64,000 nucleotides of DNA from Phoronis australis. Taxonomy: Eukaryota; Animalia; Phoronida. Location of the stretch: contig NMRA01000048.1 of the NCBI GenBank assembly GCA_002633005.1, positions 686,303 through 750,302 of the forward strand, given 5' to 3'. Below are positions 49,912 to 63,851 of this stretch, in pieces; within the stretch, counting starts at the first letter, position 1, and each line of letters opens with the position of its first letter. A program made the position numbers and the translations under genes. A model generated the notes under the pieces. The model was not told the DNA's origin. It searched no databases and was given only the letters and a program-made list of their open reading frames with translations.

Positions 49912-52349
49912 GCTGTTCAAGTGGAGAATCGTCGACGAAAATACTCCTGCCACTAAAGATGTACTAGTACCTGGTACTGTGTGGATCCATTCGATTTGTA
50001 TAATGCCACGGCAACGCAATTTGCGCGTTTTCGTTTGACTTAGCTAGATAGGCCAGGCTGACTCATTCGCTCACAAGTAACCAACAGAAACTGACAACTG
50101 TTGCATCTCCACAGCCTTGACTAGTTGGTCAAATTTCGATGTGGTGTATTAATTTCATCTGAGACGTTCTTTTCCAAAATAGGTGTAATCCACAATGCCC
50201 TGTCTTCCATAATCTTGTGGTCAAAATCTTTACTGAAGCCTTACAAAGTCTGTTAGAACAAGCTCATCGCGTAGCTCATATACACCGAATATTCATCCGG
50301 TATTTAGTGAACTCAATAAATATTTTCAAGTCGTCCTCTGCAAACTATGCAAACCACACATAAGCCAACACGACGAGCTAATGCGAAAATAAACGTTCAT
50401 CCGCTATTTGATATAATACAAAAGCACACTTAGTTAAGTTTGCTTTTACAAGTACAATTGTGTGTTTATTGTCGTCTGCTATGTACATAGCGACACGTCT
50501 GACAACGGAAGACACCTTGAGCACCTTTTTATGTCTGATTGGGAATCACGTGACAACGCATTGTCTGCTGCGCAGTTGTAGGGCGTTTATCACCTCTGGA
50601 GGGGTCTTTCTGTCAAATCAACATGAATTTGTTTTAAAAATATTGTGACAAACGCAGGCTCTTCATATTAACAATTGGTAACACTTAAGCTCGTAACGCA
50701 TGGATACGGTGATGCAATAGTCAAACGCTGCATTATCTATTCTGATTATCAGGGGACCGGGAAACGATTTCATGATAGCGCCTCTGGTACCCGCGTTTTG
50801 AGTTTGCTCACCAGGTACAGGTTATTTTCAGCGTTTGTGTGGAATTTGTACCGGAGTTTAGAGGTACACACATCAAACGATTCCCATCCCTGCTTATAAC
50901 TTTTTATTCTAAGCAAAATTTGCAGCACAAATAATCCATATTATTTTGACCAAAACACGCGAATCTATATTACTTGACTTAATCAAGCATTTTTGTCTTC
51001 TTTTATTAATGTGGAGGCTATACATTTTGGTAATAATTTGCAATTCTTGCCATTGCACGTTTTACGCCCTAACGCCTGTGTGTGAAACTGTGGGCATAAT
51101 TCCAGATATTATCTCAGTGGAATTAGGCGCGTATTTGAGACATTTCAATAAAACTATAAAACACGTTTTGAGAATAGTAAGTGCATGAAACGTGACTTAG
51201 TCTACCTGTTACGAAATGGTAAAAGTTTAAGTCCATTCAATCAGGCATTAACTGCATAATGATATGATGTACTAAGAATGGACAAAAATACAAAACATGG
51301 CAAGGGATATTCGCCTGCGCCTACATGTGAAGCTCAGACGCATACGCCTGTATTTCAAACACTTGAGCAGCAATTTTTTCATGAAAATGTCTTTTCATGA
51401 ATGCATGCACATGAGTCTGAATACGTCGAAATGTGCTTTTAGGTGCGCGGCCAGAGCGAGCATTTATCGAGCACGACATCTGGCGGATAAGATAAAGACG
51501 GATTTTTGTGTTGCTTAGTCCTCGAGAGTGCAATTAAGTTGTCTTCTTGACCAGATTATGACCTTTTCGTTTCGCTTGATTATATCTTTCCACTTTTTCA
51601 TAAGTGCGTAGTTAGGATACTGCATTGTACATGTAAGAGACAACGTATTGCAGGTCTATAACAAGAGATTATAGGAGGAGGAACAAACTTGTGAATAGTG
51701 AACATTTAACAAGCACTCGAGTGTCACAAACACACGGTCAACCTACAGTGTAGTCTCGGATGGTCCTCAATTCTTATTCCCCGTGTTGTCGCCGAACTTT
51801 CTGGTTCTATTAGAAACTTACGAAGTGTACTAACTGAAACCAGTGCACTTCGAATGCTTTTGGCGGGATCCTCTACGTTAATCTAACATGCTTCATGAAA
51901 ATTGTTTTCCTAGTGAAGCGGTTTTGAACACTGTTTTAAGAAACCTTGGAGCATGCACTGTCAGCTGAGTGGAGGTTGAACGTCTCCATGTTAATATTAC
52001 ACCTTGGCAATAGTTTTCAAGCTTTTACTTCGCCAGTGTCTTTGACAGCAAAAGTAAATGCAATACAAAACAGAGGAATAGAATTTAACGTCTCGATTGC
52101 ATATTACTACGGTAAAGAGCAGCAACAATCAATTCTTTTTAATTTTTAATGACTTAAACATTTGATATTCCTAATAGCATTCAATTTGATCACTACGAAA
52201 ATCTAACATTCGTTTTGACCACTGCGAATATCTAGCATACGTTTCAATCACCGCGGATGTCTTTTTCATTTAAAGCAGCAAATATTTTGGACACGATTGA
52301 TGTATGCGGTCACTAGTAGCGCGGCAACAAATTTTAAATCGATCTTTAC

Positions 52350-52513
52350 CTGTGTGTTGTTTCAACCACATTCTTTGGGTGAGCTGCAATCCCGGTATCC
52401 GTTACTTTTGCTATACCTGGCTTAAATTTGCCAGGAGCTGTTTTCGGTTTATCCTTCTTGTTCCCCCCTGTCGTCTGGACTCCAACTGCATGAATTTTCG
52501 CACTGAGATTCAT
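52350..52513 (-). CDS. Candidate alternative first coding exon of the WD gene: MNLSAKIHAVGVQTTGGNKKDKPKTAPGKFKPGIAKVTDTGIAAHPKNVVETTH
   Basis: ACCATG start to CAG|GTAAAG donor, 164 nt, phase 2, open and in frame with exon 45713-45962. Confidence 0.6.
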
Positions 52514-53986
52514 GGTTCATGTATTACAAACGAATACACAAAGTTTTTGAATAAACTCGCACGCCAAGATTCCCTTAAGTGACACCGTGGTATTCAGATG
52601 ATGTCATAACTAGCCAGTTACATTTGAGGCTTATCTCGTCGACTCTCCTCGGCTGTTGCGACTGCGAATAACACAGCATATGTGAAGCTTTACTTCGCTC
52701 ATCACAATGTTATCTTCCTGAAAGATGACATTACATAAGCCGCAAATCCATGCGGTGTTTCAGGAGAAAAACTGTTATCGAGGTTTTCATAGGACACTCA
52801 CACATTCCAATAATATCTCCCTGCACACGTAACTCTGTGTAGACGTCTTTCCTTCTTTACTGCGATATCCGTACTCTTTGATTTGAAAACCAACTTAATG
52901 TTCACATGAAATTTCAAATATGATTTGTTACTTTAATCACTCTTATCCGACGAAAGTTGGTAGACATAATTTACAACTTCCTTGATTAAGTCAAGGAATT
53001 AGTTAATATTTTTTAGAGCTATTGCTAAGTTTGATTTAAAATTTGATTCCCTGTACAGGATTTTAATCAATTAATCCACTTCTTTGGTATCCATTCTTTC
53101 CGCGAAAGTCAACAACATCATCACGTTATATTCCTCTTCTGAATGAAGTATATACAATTGCCCAAAATTCGTGTAGAAATATGTATCTCAAACGATAACG
53201 AGTTGCTTCACGAAACCGATATATCTTCGTTGCCCACTCTCCGTGATGGTACACAACCCCTCTTAATGATGGTCAGTCCAGTGTGATCGAACTTCAGACT
53301 AACATATCAATTTCGAGGTAAATCTATGTACATTTTCTCCAGTGCCCTGTCCAGATTTACCCATGTACTTGAACCTCACCGTCCGAGAGTTGTTTAAACA
53401 CGTGGGCATTTGTAGGTGATCTCTGTGCTTAGTTCTATAGATTTGCTCTTGAATCCGCTCTTATCTTTAATGTTTCGTAGCAATTCAATATCCACCACGA
53501 TTATACACGATGTAGCCCAACATACGTATTACGTCGTCTGATAAGGATGCGGTATCGACTACACAGTGATGGAATCCGTGCTTAACTATTTAGATGACAC
53601 GAATATGATTATAGGTTCATCTTCCCCTCGGGCCATTTTACCATTACACATGCTTTTATGCCAGATATTTACATTGTTATATAAAAAGGTATCGTTCAAG
53701 GGTGAGTCTTTTTTAACATTTAGTTATTGAAGCTGTTAGATTCACCCTGATTATGATAGATTGTGTTAATTCTAGATGTATCACAATTCAGCACCTGTTC
53801 TTGTTAAGCAGGTCGTTAAAAACCGGTTGACTAATCTCGTTTTAAAAGTTCAAAATACATAGCAAGTTTTCTATAGTGACTAATTCTTCGAAGCAAGCTT
53901 TTCGGAAATTTTAATAACCTAGATAGAAAATTTCGTATTCCAGCAATTTGTAAATCCCCGGTGTTTTTTGCAGCCGTTGTATCTCT

Positions 53987-53999
53987 GTTGCTAGGCAAC
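53987..53999. promoter_or_regulatory. RFX X-box
   Basis: GTTGCTAGGCAAC fits the RFX palindromic consensus; lies upstream of a cilia-type gene. Confidence 0.6.
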
Positions 54000-54449
54000 C
54001 CCGCTTAGAAAATAAACGGACGCGTGCGTTCGTCGTGCATTAAACTATTTACATTCGTGTATTTAAACCTGCTAAACCAACAAAACGTTTTTAAGTGTTT
54101 GCATTGGCAGTAAGGTTGCTGTTATTAAAATCCGTTAACACAATGTCAATTAAATCGTGCTCAGTTGACAAAAACATTACACGCTACTGGTATCGTCTGA
54201 TTTGATAGCCTTTAATTGCACATTTCATGCCTCCTCTGAGTGGTGAAAATAAAATTCAGTTGAAATACGTCCTCATTAAGTTCTATATTTTGGGAGCGGT
54301 CTTTGTCGTAAGCGGGCGCCAATTAATTCGCCCAAAGGGTTAGTAACGACTACCCATATCAGTAGCAATTTTGTAAGGGGTAACCTTTGTTGACATCACA
54401 AAATGTGGCTTACTATCCCTTTGACTTGGAAAACAAATAAAAGCAAAAT

Positions 54450-54463
54450 GTTACCATGGCAAC
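54450..54463. promoter_or_regulatory. RFX X-box
   Basis: GTTACCATGGCAAC, canonical 14-bp X-box; forkhead-like AAACAAATAA lies just to its left. Confidence 0.65.
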
Positions 54464-55548
54464 CGAATAACACTAAGTAAAAAAACGACAATTTCCGTAC
54501 GCTTACTCTTGCTCTTTTACTGTCACACGAAGGTGATTCTTAGTAGGATCTCAAAAACGAGAGAAACCCCGCGTGAGAGTTGGTTAAACGTTGTACAATC
54601 TGTGTGAACCGTCACATTTGAAGACTGATTTAGGCAAAATTTCAAGCCTCCAGTTAGCCATCCTTCCCTTGGCTTTTTTATTGGTGTGACTGAAATTGCT
54701 TGAACAACTGAAAGTCAGCTGAAACTTTTGTTTATACATAACTTTTACTAAAAATTTGTAGAGACAATATAAAATATCTAACCAACCAGAAGTCATACTA
54801 TGATTCTTGGTTGGTTAGATTCACATCAAACATAAAAATTATCAAAATAGGTTCTAATTGACCTCTAGTTGTAGTTTACTGCGCATTTTCAAGGTTATCT
54901 TCTCAGGATATTCGATGCAAAAAACTGTTACAAATCAAAAGTTCTAATTTCTGCTGACGTTGCACATCGAGTAACACGCTCCCCAACGTCGGAAGAAAAT
55001 TACAGTGAGTTTTACAGACATTTTGAATTGACGAAAATTCGCGTCAATTTTGTCTAACTAATCACTTTAAGTCGTGTAATTTTTTGTAACTGTAGGTCAA
55101 TGTAACATTGCAAAAATGTTACAATTCATTACGTTGTTGACGGCTATCTGATATCTGATGTACTTATTAAGTTAGCAATAGATGTCGCTCAAAACAAGCT
55201 TTCCGAACCAGCAGTCTCGAAGGCACTCATCAGTTGGCGAGACCGGCTCGACCGCGAATCGACTCAGTCACCAGGTGGCAAGACCGTCTCGTCAACAGAT
55301 TCTGCTCGACACCGCACATCAGTGTTGTGGCCAAATATCTAAATATCAACATTTGGCAAGTCTGCCAAAAATTGTTCGGTAAAGCCTGGACAATTTACGA
55401 GTAAAGGAAGCAGGAGTAAATTTAGCGAAAGCAGAAATTGTAGCTTGACATTACTTTTGATGCCCGGTATTACAAGATAACGTAATTCGCAATTTCGGTT
55501 GCCCCGCCGTACTGAACGCATCTGACTAAAAATCACAGTAAAGACCTG

Positions 55549-55948
55549 GGCCCGATCTCTAATCTTTGTACTCGAAACGAAGTCGAAACTATTTTTGACA
55601 ATTTCTCTGCTCCATTTGTGCAAATTTAAGATAATTGGTTATTAGACTGTGCTCGAATACATTATAGTTTATGCATAGGAGTTTCTAGTTCAAGTTTGCC
55701 CCTGAAGACCCTTATATCCGTGCTACAAACTCGAGTAAAAACTCGAAATTTCGAGTTCAAACTCGAACTTAATGCTTTAATATTGGGTTTACAAACTGTG
55801 AACTAAGGGCAATAAATTATCTACGTAAGTTATTGTGTACTCGAGCATAGAATAATAGACACTTATCTTGAGTTCGCCCAAAGTAGAGTAGAAAATGCCA
55901 AACCTAATTTCGAGTTCCATTTCGAGTAAAAAGATTGGAGACCGGGCC
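55549..55948 (-). mobile_element. PIF/Harbinger-type MITE, 400 bp, TSD CTG (copy 2)
   Basis: Inverted high-identity copy of 13302-13701; flanks AAAGAC-CTG ... CTG-GTC. Confidence 0.88.
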
Positions 55949-58832
55949 CTGGTCGCGGATTTAATCGCATAGTGTGGGTCTTCGAGGTAAATGAAAGTCG
56001 ACTCGTCAAGTATTGCAAAGCAAAATGTCGTAGAAATTTGTTCAAATGACGAGAATGAAAATTTTACCAGTGAAAGAGGATCGAAGCACCAGAAATGAAA
56101 CCCTACTGTTTGGCACTTGACATTACGTTCGATGCTCAATATCAAAATACGGTTTTGTGTTTTTTTGACTGAAAATACGCGCGAAATCGCGTAGAGATCA
56201 CCGGGTGTTACCAAAATAACACGAGCAGTGTTGGCTTATGAAGAAAGTGGTCTCGGATCATGTGGAGAATTTTTCGCTTACACTGGTCACCGCTCAGATT
56301 CCCTTAGCCCCAGACAACTTTTACGATGCCTACTCAGCACGCCCTTTGTATTGATGTAGATCTGAGCTAATGAAGTGGAAAGGTAATAGCTAGCATTGCT
56401 GTCTCAACAAAGGTTGTTGTGAGTACCCTCAATTTGGTTATCTCTGACATTTGCAGAGTTATAGTCTGCAACTCTGGAGAGTAGTTTTAAATTGGTACAT
56501 TATAAATATTACAAAATGACTAAAAAGGTTAACTTGTGTTTATCTTCACAAAGGGCCACCTCCCAAAGGAACGATATGTTTCGTATTGGTTTTCGTTATT
56601 TAATTTTTAATGCTTCTGCCCACTTGTTTTTTTCCTACCGAGAACGGGTTGATAACTTTTTATCCAAGTTTTAAACTTGAAGTACCAAAACAGGTAGAGT
56701 TTGATCGCCAGCTAAACTTACTTAGTTAAGTTCATTGTGGACCCATCCCTGAACTTAACACATTACAGGTGCACAAAACATTTCATTAAAATTTAATATT
56801 TATTAGAACTTAAATCATAAAATATATACAAAAGTGCATATATGTTGATAACCAAACTGAAGATTTGGAATCTCTGGGCAATTTTGGTGGCACTGACTAT
56901 ATAACTATTCTAGCTCTTTGTGAGTAATAAAAAATAAAAGTGGGCACAAGTTAAGTACAACTGTTTCCTGGTCAAAAATCTGGTTAACTAGATTGAAAGA
57001 ATATTAAAAAATGAATCCATGTGATATTGTTAACTCTGATCAGCGTTTGTTTATCCATCGAGTATATCAATACGCGCGGCAGTTTATCTTCAATTGTATC
57101 AATGGCTGTAGTTTTTGGATTATTAGTTTATCGAGTTTTAAAAATCGAAAATCGTACTTGGTTGTTTTTTTTCAGCTGTATACCGTGGTTAATGCATTTT
57201 GAAAATTCGCCATTATGTACAGTCAGAAATCTGACTCAGATGTCCCGCTCTCTTTGATCCAGGTAAAAGCCACTCAGAAGGACGAGCGGTGAAAATTGCC
57301 GCATATCTTTAGAAATGTACGTATTATTCACGGCATGTACGACCGACCCGCGCACTGCCTCGTGGTTATGATGAGTGAATGCCAAAATACTTTACTCAAC
57401 CATTGTATAAGAGTATTCATCAGGAATTATTCGAACAGTGTCCACTTCAGCTTCTAATAACTTTAATTCACCTTCCAATAAGACTAGTTCAAAATACGAC
57501 ACGCAACTGTGAACATTCAAATGAGCCCTCCATTCAACCTTGCATCATTCACATGAAATACTCGAGATAATTTCGCACCATTGCAAACCTGTGCGAGTGT
57601 TGTGACACATTAAGCAGAAAGCAAAAACTTGTGGGCAAGAAGTCGGTGTTGGAATATAACGACCTCTTTGGGCGGTAGAGAGAACTTGTTAGTGTATAGA
57701 AATTAGAGACTACATTGCTCGCAGTTTTTAATAGTGACCCCCTTTTTTGTGCTCAGTTCACTGCGTAGAATGGGGGGGGGTACATTTATATTGAACGATA
57801 CCCCTAAAATATGAATATTTCGCGAAAATATACCTTTCCTTAACGTGTGAGAACTGAATTCTGAACCTGAGAAAAGCTGACTACAGGGTTACTCGCAAGT
57901 GCTCACGGGACTTTGCTCTGAACAAAAAACGACTCGCAGTGACAAGCCAACGTCAATAAGCTTGATCCCGAGTTATTGCAAGCTGTCATCTGTTCATCGG
58001 TTACTTTTAAGTCATCAGATGGCTTGGTCTGTAAGCCGGGAATCCGGTCACTGAGGACCAATCAGATGTCTCAGCCGGTTAACTCAACGGAACCTGTGAA
58101 GTCAATCTAGTACGGGCTTTGCCGGAGTTTTTGCGTAGTTAAAGTGGTCGGCCTTGGAAATTATCTTTAAGTAGTGTGTTTATAGTTAAAAGTGTATCTT
58201 TGAGATCTCGATTTGTCATAAGACTTTAAAAGTGGTGCATTCATTTTCATAATCTTCGATTTGTTGGCATCTGAACAACTTTGGGGGTTTTATCATATAG
58301 TAACAAGCACTTATACCGCTAAGTAAAGACAAGTACACTCGTACGTTTTAACACTCTAAAAATACTATCAACGATTAAAATAGTTAAGATAAACATCAAA
58401 CGCGCTCCTGTTTTTCAACTTGAATTTTAGTTTGATGATAAACTATGAACTCGTATTGGTACTACATGTAAAAATGCACAGGCAGTTTTGTTTAACAACT
58501 TATTGTGAAATTGTAAAACATATTGGATCCCAAAACACTTGTGCACATCTTTTCAGCTACATATTGTGTAATAGTATAGACCAGTTTGGATCTCGTTGTT
58601 ACTTGCTGTACGACATTTCTGATGGATTTGAGAAATGAGCAAACAGTGAAACCTTTAGGCTGCAACTCTCAAACAAACAGCGATATCAGTTTCCCTATCT
58701 CCCTTTGACGTTAATTGACATATAAGTGTTTGTTTTAGTTATCAATGAGTTTGAGAAGTATTCCTGATAAATATTGATTAAAATAAATACCCCCCTAACA
58801 CCTTTTGATGTCTCAGTCATATTCACACTTAC

Positions 58833-58888
58833 CTTTGAACAGTTTCTGGATTACTGAAACTGTGCTTTCTTGGTCGGCCCTTGTCGCC
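58833..58888 (-). CDS. Internal coding exon of an unidentified gene (GDKGRPRKHSFSNPETVQ)
   Basis: TTTTGTAG| acceptor and AAG|GTAAGT donor; continues in frame from exon 60925-61061. Confidence 0.6.
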
Positions 58889-60924
58889 CTACAAAACAGT
58901 GAGTTAAGATGGCCATGATTAATTACTAACACCACGCATTTATCTACCTTCATACTATCTTTCTACTTTCTTATCATTTCATAGTTTGACAATTTTAAAT
59001 GATTTATGAGGCATAAATGACCAGATTAAAATGGGCACATGAAACATGTACAAGCAATATGAACGCATCAAGGTTGTAGTCGAGGGAAAGAATATTTCAT
59101 CCCTTCATACCAAAAGAATCAGACAGCGAAAAGGTTTGAATTAATAGGAAAGTTGTACGCTGATCCTTCCCGCTCCACAATAATATTCAGTAAGCTTGGT
59201 ATTTATTTAAGCGTCTCTCAACCAAGTGGTTAATGACATGTATGGTGAGGTTACGCATGCCCAGTTGTTTGGAGAGTCTGAATAAATTGTACCTTTAAAT
59301 GACCACACATGTCCCTGAGATTACATGCTAATGCATTTCGAAATCTGAATGCTTCATCAAAAGGTTAAATAATTCAGTTTCTATTATGAATCGGATGTTT
59401 ATCTTCTTTTTTCAAATATATTTTCGGAACAAATAATCTGACTTTGCACTTGTGTTAGTAAACCAGCTAGCGTCATTTTCCTACGCGGATCCGGCGAATA
59501 AAAACGTTTGAGCGGAATTTAACTCAACAGACTTGGAAATGCTATTTACAAACAATCATTTCAATCTGTTTTTTAATTATTACAATAAGAACGGGTTCGT
59601 CGCTCCGTTAAAAAGATTCGCTGATGACACGACGTGAATATAAACACTCCGTGCTGCACGAAAAGTTCAAGGATTACATAAAAACAGCGTGTTTACCTCC
59701 ATTTTCTGCCTCTACAATCCTCGAAACACTTTTCCAAAGTCAAATACTGTATAACTACATGAGGTCTTTTCTAAACTCAATTAGTTGAATGCGTGCTTTC
59801 CTCGTGCGCAGCTGCTTCAGAAATCGGTTAATTTTGAACAGTACAGTACGTAATGTATTAAGGAAAGGTTTTCTTTCAATACAAAAGCGTTCCCGATAAG
59901 GTATGCGTTAAAGATCTCTTATGTTTTAAATTTTCTTGCCATTGATTTTTGCCGATAGGTAACCGTGAATTACAGTCCCAAAAGGTTATCTTAGCAGATC
60001 GTAATTACTTTGCAAATGTAAATGTTTTACAACGAAACAACGACCTACGTATAGTTCATTGGTCTCTGTGACTACAAAATCGGAAACAAAAATTACGCCT
60101 TTGATTAAAAATGTGTTCAGTGAATAAGCCGCAACATGGAGTCATGTCTGATTGTGGACGAAAATAAAAAACTCACAAGCATAGTAAATCCTGGACCAAT
60201 TTCAAGGAATTTTAACGTCTTGTAACTTTAAGACCTACGTGTGTATTTTGTTACTTTAAGACCTACATGTTCATAGTTCGGACACATAGTTTGAGTCTCA
60301 CGGATTACACAGAGATCTCACTAATCCCTGTAAATAGCTTTAGAAAATCCGCTAAAACAACATATTTCCCCATAAATTGACCTATGTTCCTAACTTTGGA
60401 AATATAGAAGGGCGCCAAACTTTCTGTGGCATTACATTAAGCGCACGTGACACAAAACTCCGACACAAAACATACATTCAGGTTGTTATAAGAGACTATT
60501 TCATACCAAAAACTACAACATAATTATTAATATTAATATCAAACATCCCAATTTAAATGTCCACAACACACTGCTACAAATACTGAAACTTTTGTAGCTA
60601 ATGTTTTGCCTATAACAATGATATACTCAACTGCCATTGTAAAGCCATGTCGCCCTCACTGAGCCATCAAGATGCATTGTCTATCAGGCTCCAGTGCTTT
60701 AATTACCACGCCAAGGTAAAATATTGTCTTAGCTGAAAGCCGTAAATATGTCAAGAACAGAAGAGATAAACTAGGTTTATGGATTTTTGTTAAATATTTG
60801 GCTCTGTCAAATCATAGTTTTATAAAACAAAATTTCTCCATAACGGTTTTTTATACAAATTTATTTATGTTCATTTTTCTAATTTTGCTTAAAATGAGAA
60901 ATTCAAGGCTTTGGGAACACTCAC

Positions 60925-61061
60925 CTGTTGGTTTAATAGAAACGGAGCTAAAGCATCAACCAAAGTCTTGAAAGGGCCACCAGGTGGCGGATCTTTGCCA
61001 GATGATGGCATCCTTAGATTTTTAATCAAGGAACTTTTTCGCACTGGTTCTTCAACCTCAT
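60925..61061 (-). CDS. Internal coding exon of an unidentified gene (EVEEPVRKSSLIKNLRMPSSGKDPPPGGPFKTLVDALAPFLLNQQ)
   Basis: Strong acceptor TTGTTTTGTTCTCAG| and donor CAG|GTGAGT around an open, GC-richer frame; upstream exons not found in the window. Confidence 0.65.
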
Positions 61062-61284
61062 CTGAGAACAAAACAAATACAGTAAATCCTTTAAGTTAAA
61101 ATTTGTAATAGCCATTCCCAATTACTTTCGCCCAGACTAGTCGACTAAGAGCGTGAATGATCATGTAATTATTTCTCCCACAGTTGTCCATAAAAGTGAC
61201 CTGCAATTCTTCTGCTCTATCTCGCCACACACATGAAGACGAGGACATCATAGGATCTGAACAATTGTTACGACATCACGAATA

Positions 61285-61413
61285 TGACAATGATGACGAT
61301 GGCGATGATGATGACGGCGTTGGTAATGCTGGTGGAGGTGATGATGATGATGTTGATGGTGGTGGTGGTGTTGATGATGATGAAGATGATGATGACGACG
61401 ATGATGATAATGG

Positions 61414-61447
<34 letters not shown>

Positions 61448-61768
61448 AACTATGATGATGATGGTGTGGTGGTGCTGCTGATGACGATGATGTGATGTCG
61501 ATGATAGTGATGAGGTGGTGGTGATGATGATGGTAGTGATGTTTTTATGGTGGTGGTGGGTGAGAAGCTAATCTGGGATGAATGTTCAGCACCTCATGTG
61601 ATGCTGAAGGCCGAATATAGTTAATTTTGTTCCATTTTTCAAGCTGTTAAGAAAATCATTGTTTNATACCCATTCCCAATTATTTTTGCCCAGTGATGAT
61701 GATGATGTTGATGGTGGTGGTGGTGTTGATGATGATGAAGATGATGATGACGACGATGATGATAATGG

Positions 61769-61805
<37 letters not shown>

Positions 61806-62022
61806 AACTATGATGATGATGGTGTGGTGGTGCTGCTGATGACGATGATGTGATGTCGATGATAGTGATGAGGTGGTGGTGATGATGATGGTAGTGATGT
61901 TTTTATGGTGGTGGTGGGTGAGAAGCTAATCTGGGATGAATGTTCAGCACCTCATGTGATGCTGAAGGCCGAATATAGTTAATTTTGTTCCATTTTTCAA
62001 GCTGTTAAGAAAATCATTGTTT
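61285..62022. repeat. (GAT/GGT)n microsatellite region, present twice across an N at 61665
   Basis: 61338-61664 is nearly identical to 61693-62022, differing by one GAT unit. Confidence 0.92.
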
Positions 62023-63779
62023 TTCTCAATAAACACCTACATTTGACACCGCCGAACTTGTTAACTTAAACACTTATGTACCATCTCGACCCTAGCTTGA
62101 TCCTACCTACTGCACTCAATATTGTTTCACATATGTCCTCTATTTACCTAGTGTTATCGCACATTAGAGTTGATATAGTAGGGGGATATTTGCCGATTAG
62201 ATAAACACGGTCTAGCGAAATATTTTATCATTTGCGAAAAAGCAACAAGTAGCACTGGACGTGTAAAGGATTTTTCTCAAGCACCCGTTACAAACACCGA
62301 TTTTTCATAATTTAAATTATCACATTCTTTATCATTTAAAGAATTTGTCTTATCCACCTTCGAGAAAAAAAAAACAGTTGACCGATATAAGTGATATTTT
62401 GGAGACTTGTGATAACCAAGGTTCCATTTGTTGAATGTTTCAACTTTTGTGCGAAACAAAAGATGAGCAATTTGAAATCCAAGTCTCCCACTGAATGTAC
62501 ATAAAACTAACACGTTGCTTCAGAAACGATTGTGAAATGTCTTGAACTAAGGACTCTTGTGCAGTTTAGAAATACACTTTAATCAACCCATTAATTTTCT
62601 GAGACAGTTGCACCTGTTAACACAAAAATAGAGTTACAAAAATCGTTCTCTAATTATCGATCAATCGTATACACTTACAAACATACGCAATTAAAATTCG
62701 ATACATCTGAATCACACCGAAGTATTAGACCACTTTTCAAATATTCATTTATTGTCTGATTTCAGCATTTTAAACACTGAATCACGGTGGTGCAAGCTAT
62801 GATGTTTCGATGTTTACCGTGACTTTATGTCGGGAATTCAAATTTGCGTGATGTCAACATGCTTGTCGGTTAAGATGAAATAATTCATAGGAAAATCTAA
62901 TAAGTTAAGCCTTTCATGTATTCTGAAGTCGTGTCTTATGTTTGATGCTTCCTGGGCCAATACCATGTATATATGACCGGGACTGTATACGCGAAATGTA
63001 TACTATTTTACACCGTATCCATCCTTTTTCAGTTTAGAGACGTGTTGAAAGGTGTCCCAACTGATGTCATTCGCTGAAACATGACCTGTGTATTACGTAA
63101 CACATATCCAAACCATGAGTACTGGACTCTTGGCATGCAGTAAAGTTGATTTTTTGTGAATGTACAGCCAAATTGATTACTTTTATGCTGTCCTTTATTC
63201 ATCAAAGCAACGTAAAACAACACATTAAAGAGCAGATCACTCAATAACCATACTTCGTTATGGAATAAGGTAACGTGGAATTTATTTGAAAGTGTAACTT
63301 TTCTCAGTAATCCACTAGATTAGCCTTCTATTTGATATGTGCAGTTTTCCGCGCCAAATTATTAGGCGGAGTGTCTCCAGCTCCCCGAATTTCCAAAAGA
63401 GTATATCCGTGAGAATTGAGTCCAAGGATCTACTCGATTTTGACAGGTCCATTCATTAAAAGCTAAAAGGAAAAAATGGACAGTTTCATAAAACCAGTAC
63501 AAGTGGACAAGATCCTATGACTGATGTTTACAAATTGAACAAACATCATTTGGTAAAACTGATTTATCCTGATCCGGAACCACACGAATTGGTGTCAACT
63601 TCCACACACCCTTAGATATTGTAATATTTTATTCCTTTTTCATGACACTGTCTAGAGAAGCGACTCACGCGGTTAACTTTGAGTTTTGACTTGATTACAT
63701 GGCATTAGGTCTTCAATGTAACGGTATACTTTATTCCAGAAGGCGCCATCTAGCTGTCTTGAGCAGACATCATTATAGT

Positions 63780-63851
63780 ATTTACCAAGATATAAATCAT
63801 TATAGAATTTACTAAGATATAAATCATTATAGAATTTACCAAGATATAAAT
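63780..63851. repeat. Short AT-rich tandem repeat, ~2.5 copies
   Basis: ATTTAC(C/T)AAGATATAAATCATTATAG repeats. Confidence 0.75.

Noticed and set aside
55789-56214. 141-aa ORF sharing a peptide with the ORF at 13156-13362
   Set aside because: The shared peptide comes from the two Harbinger MITE copies, not from a gene family.
61184-61853. Poly-Asp/poly-Met ORFs as genes
   Set aside because: They are translations of a (GAT)n microsatellite that is duplicated across an N.
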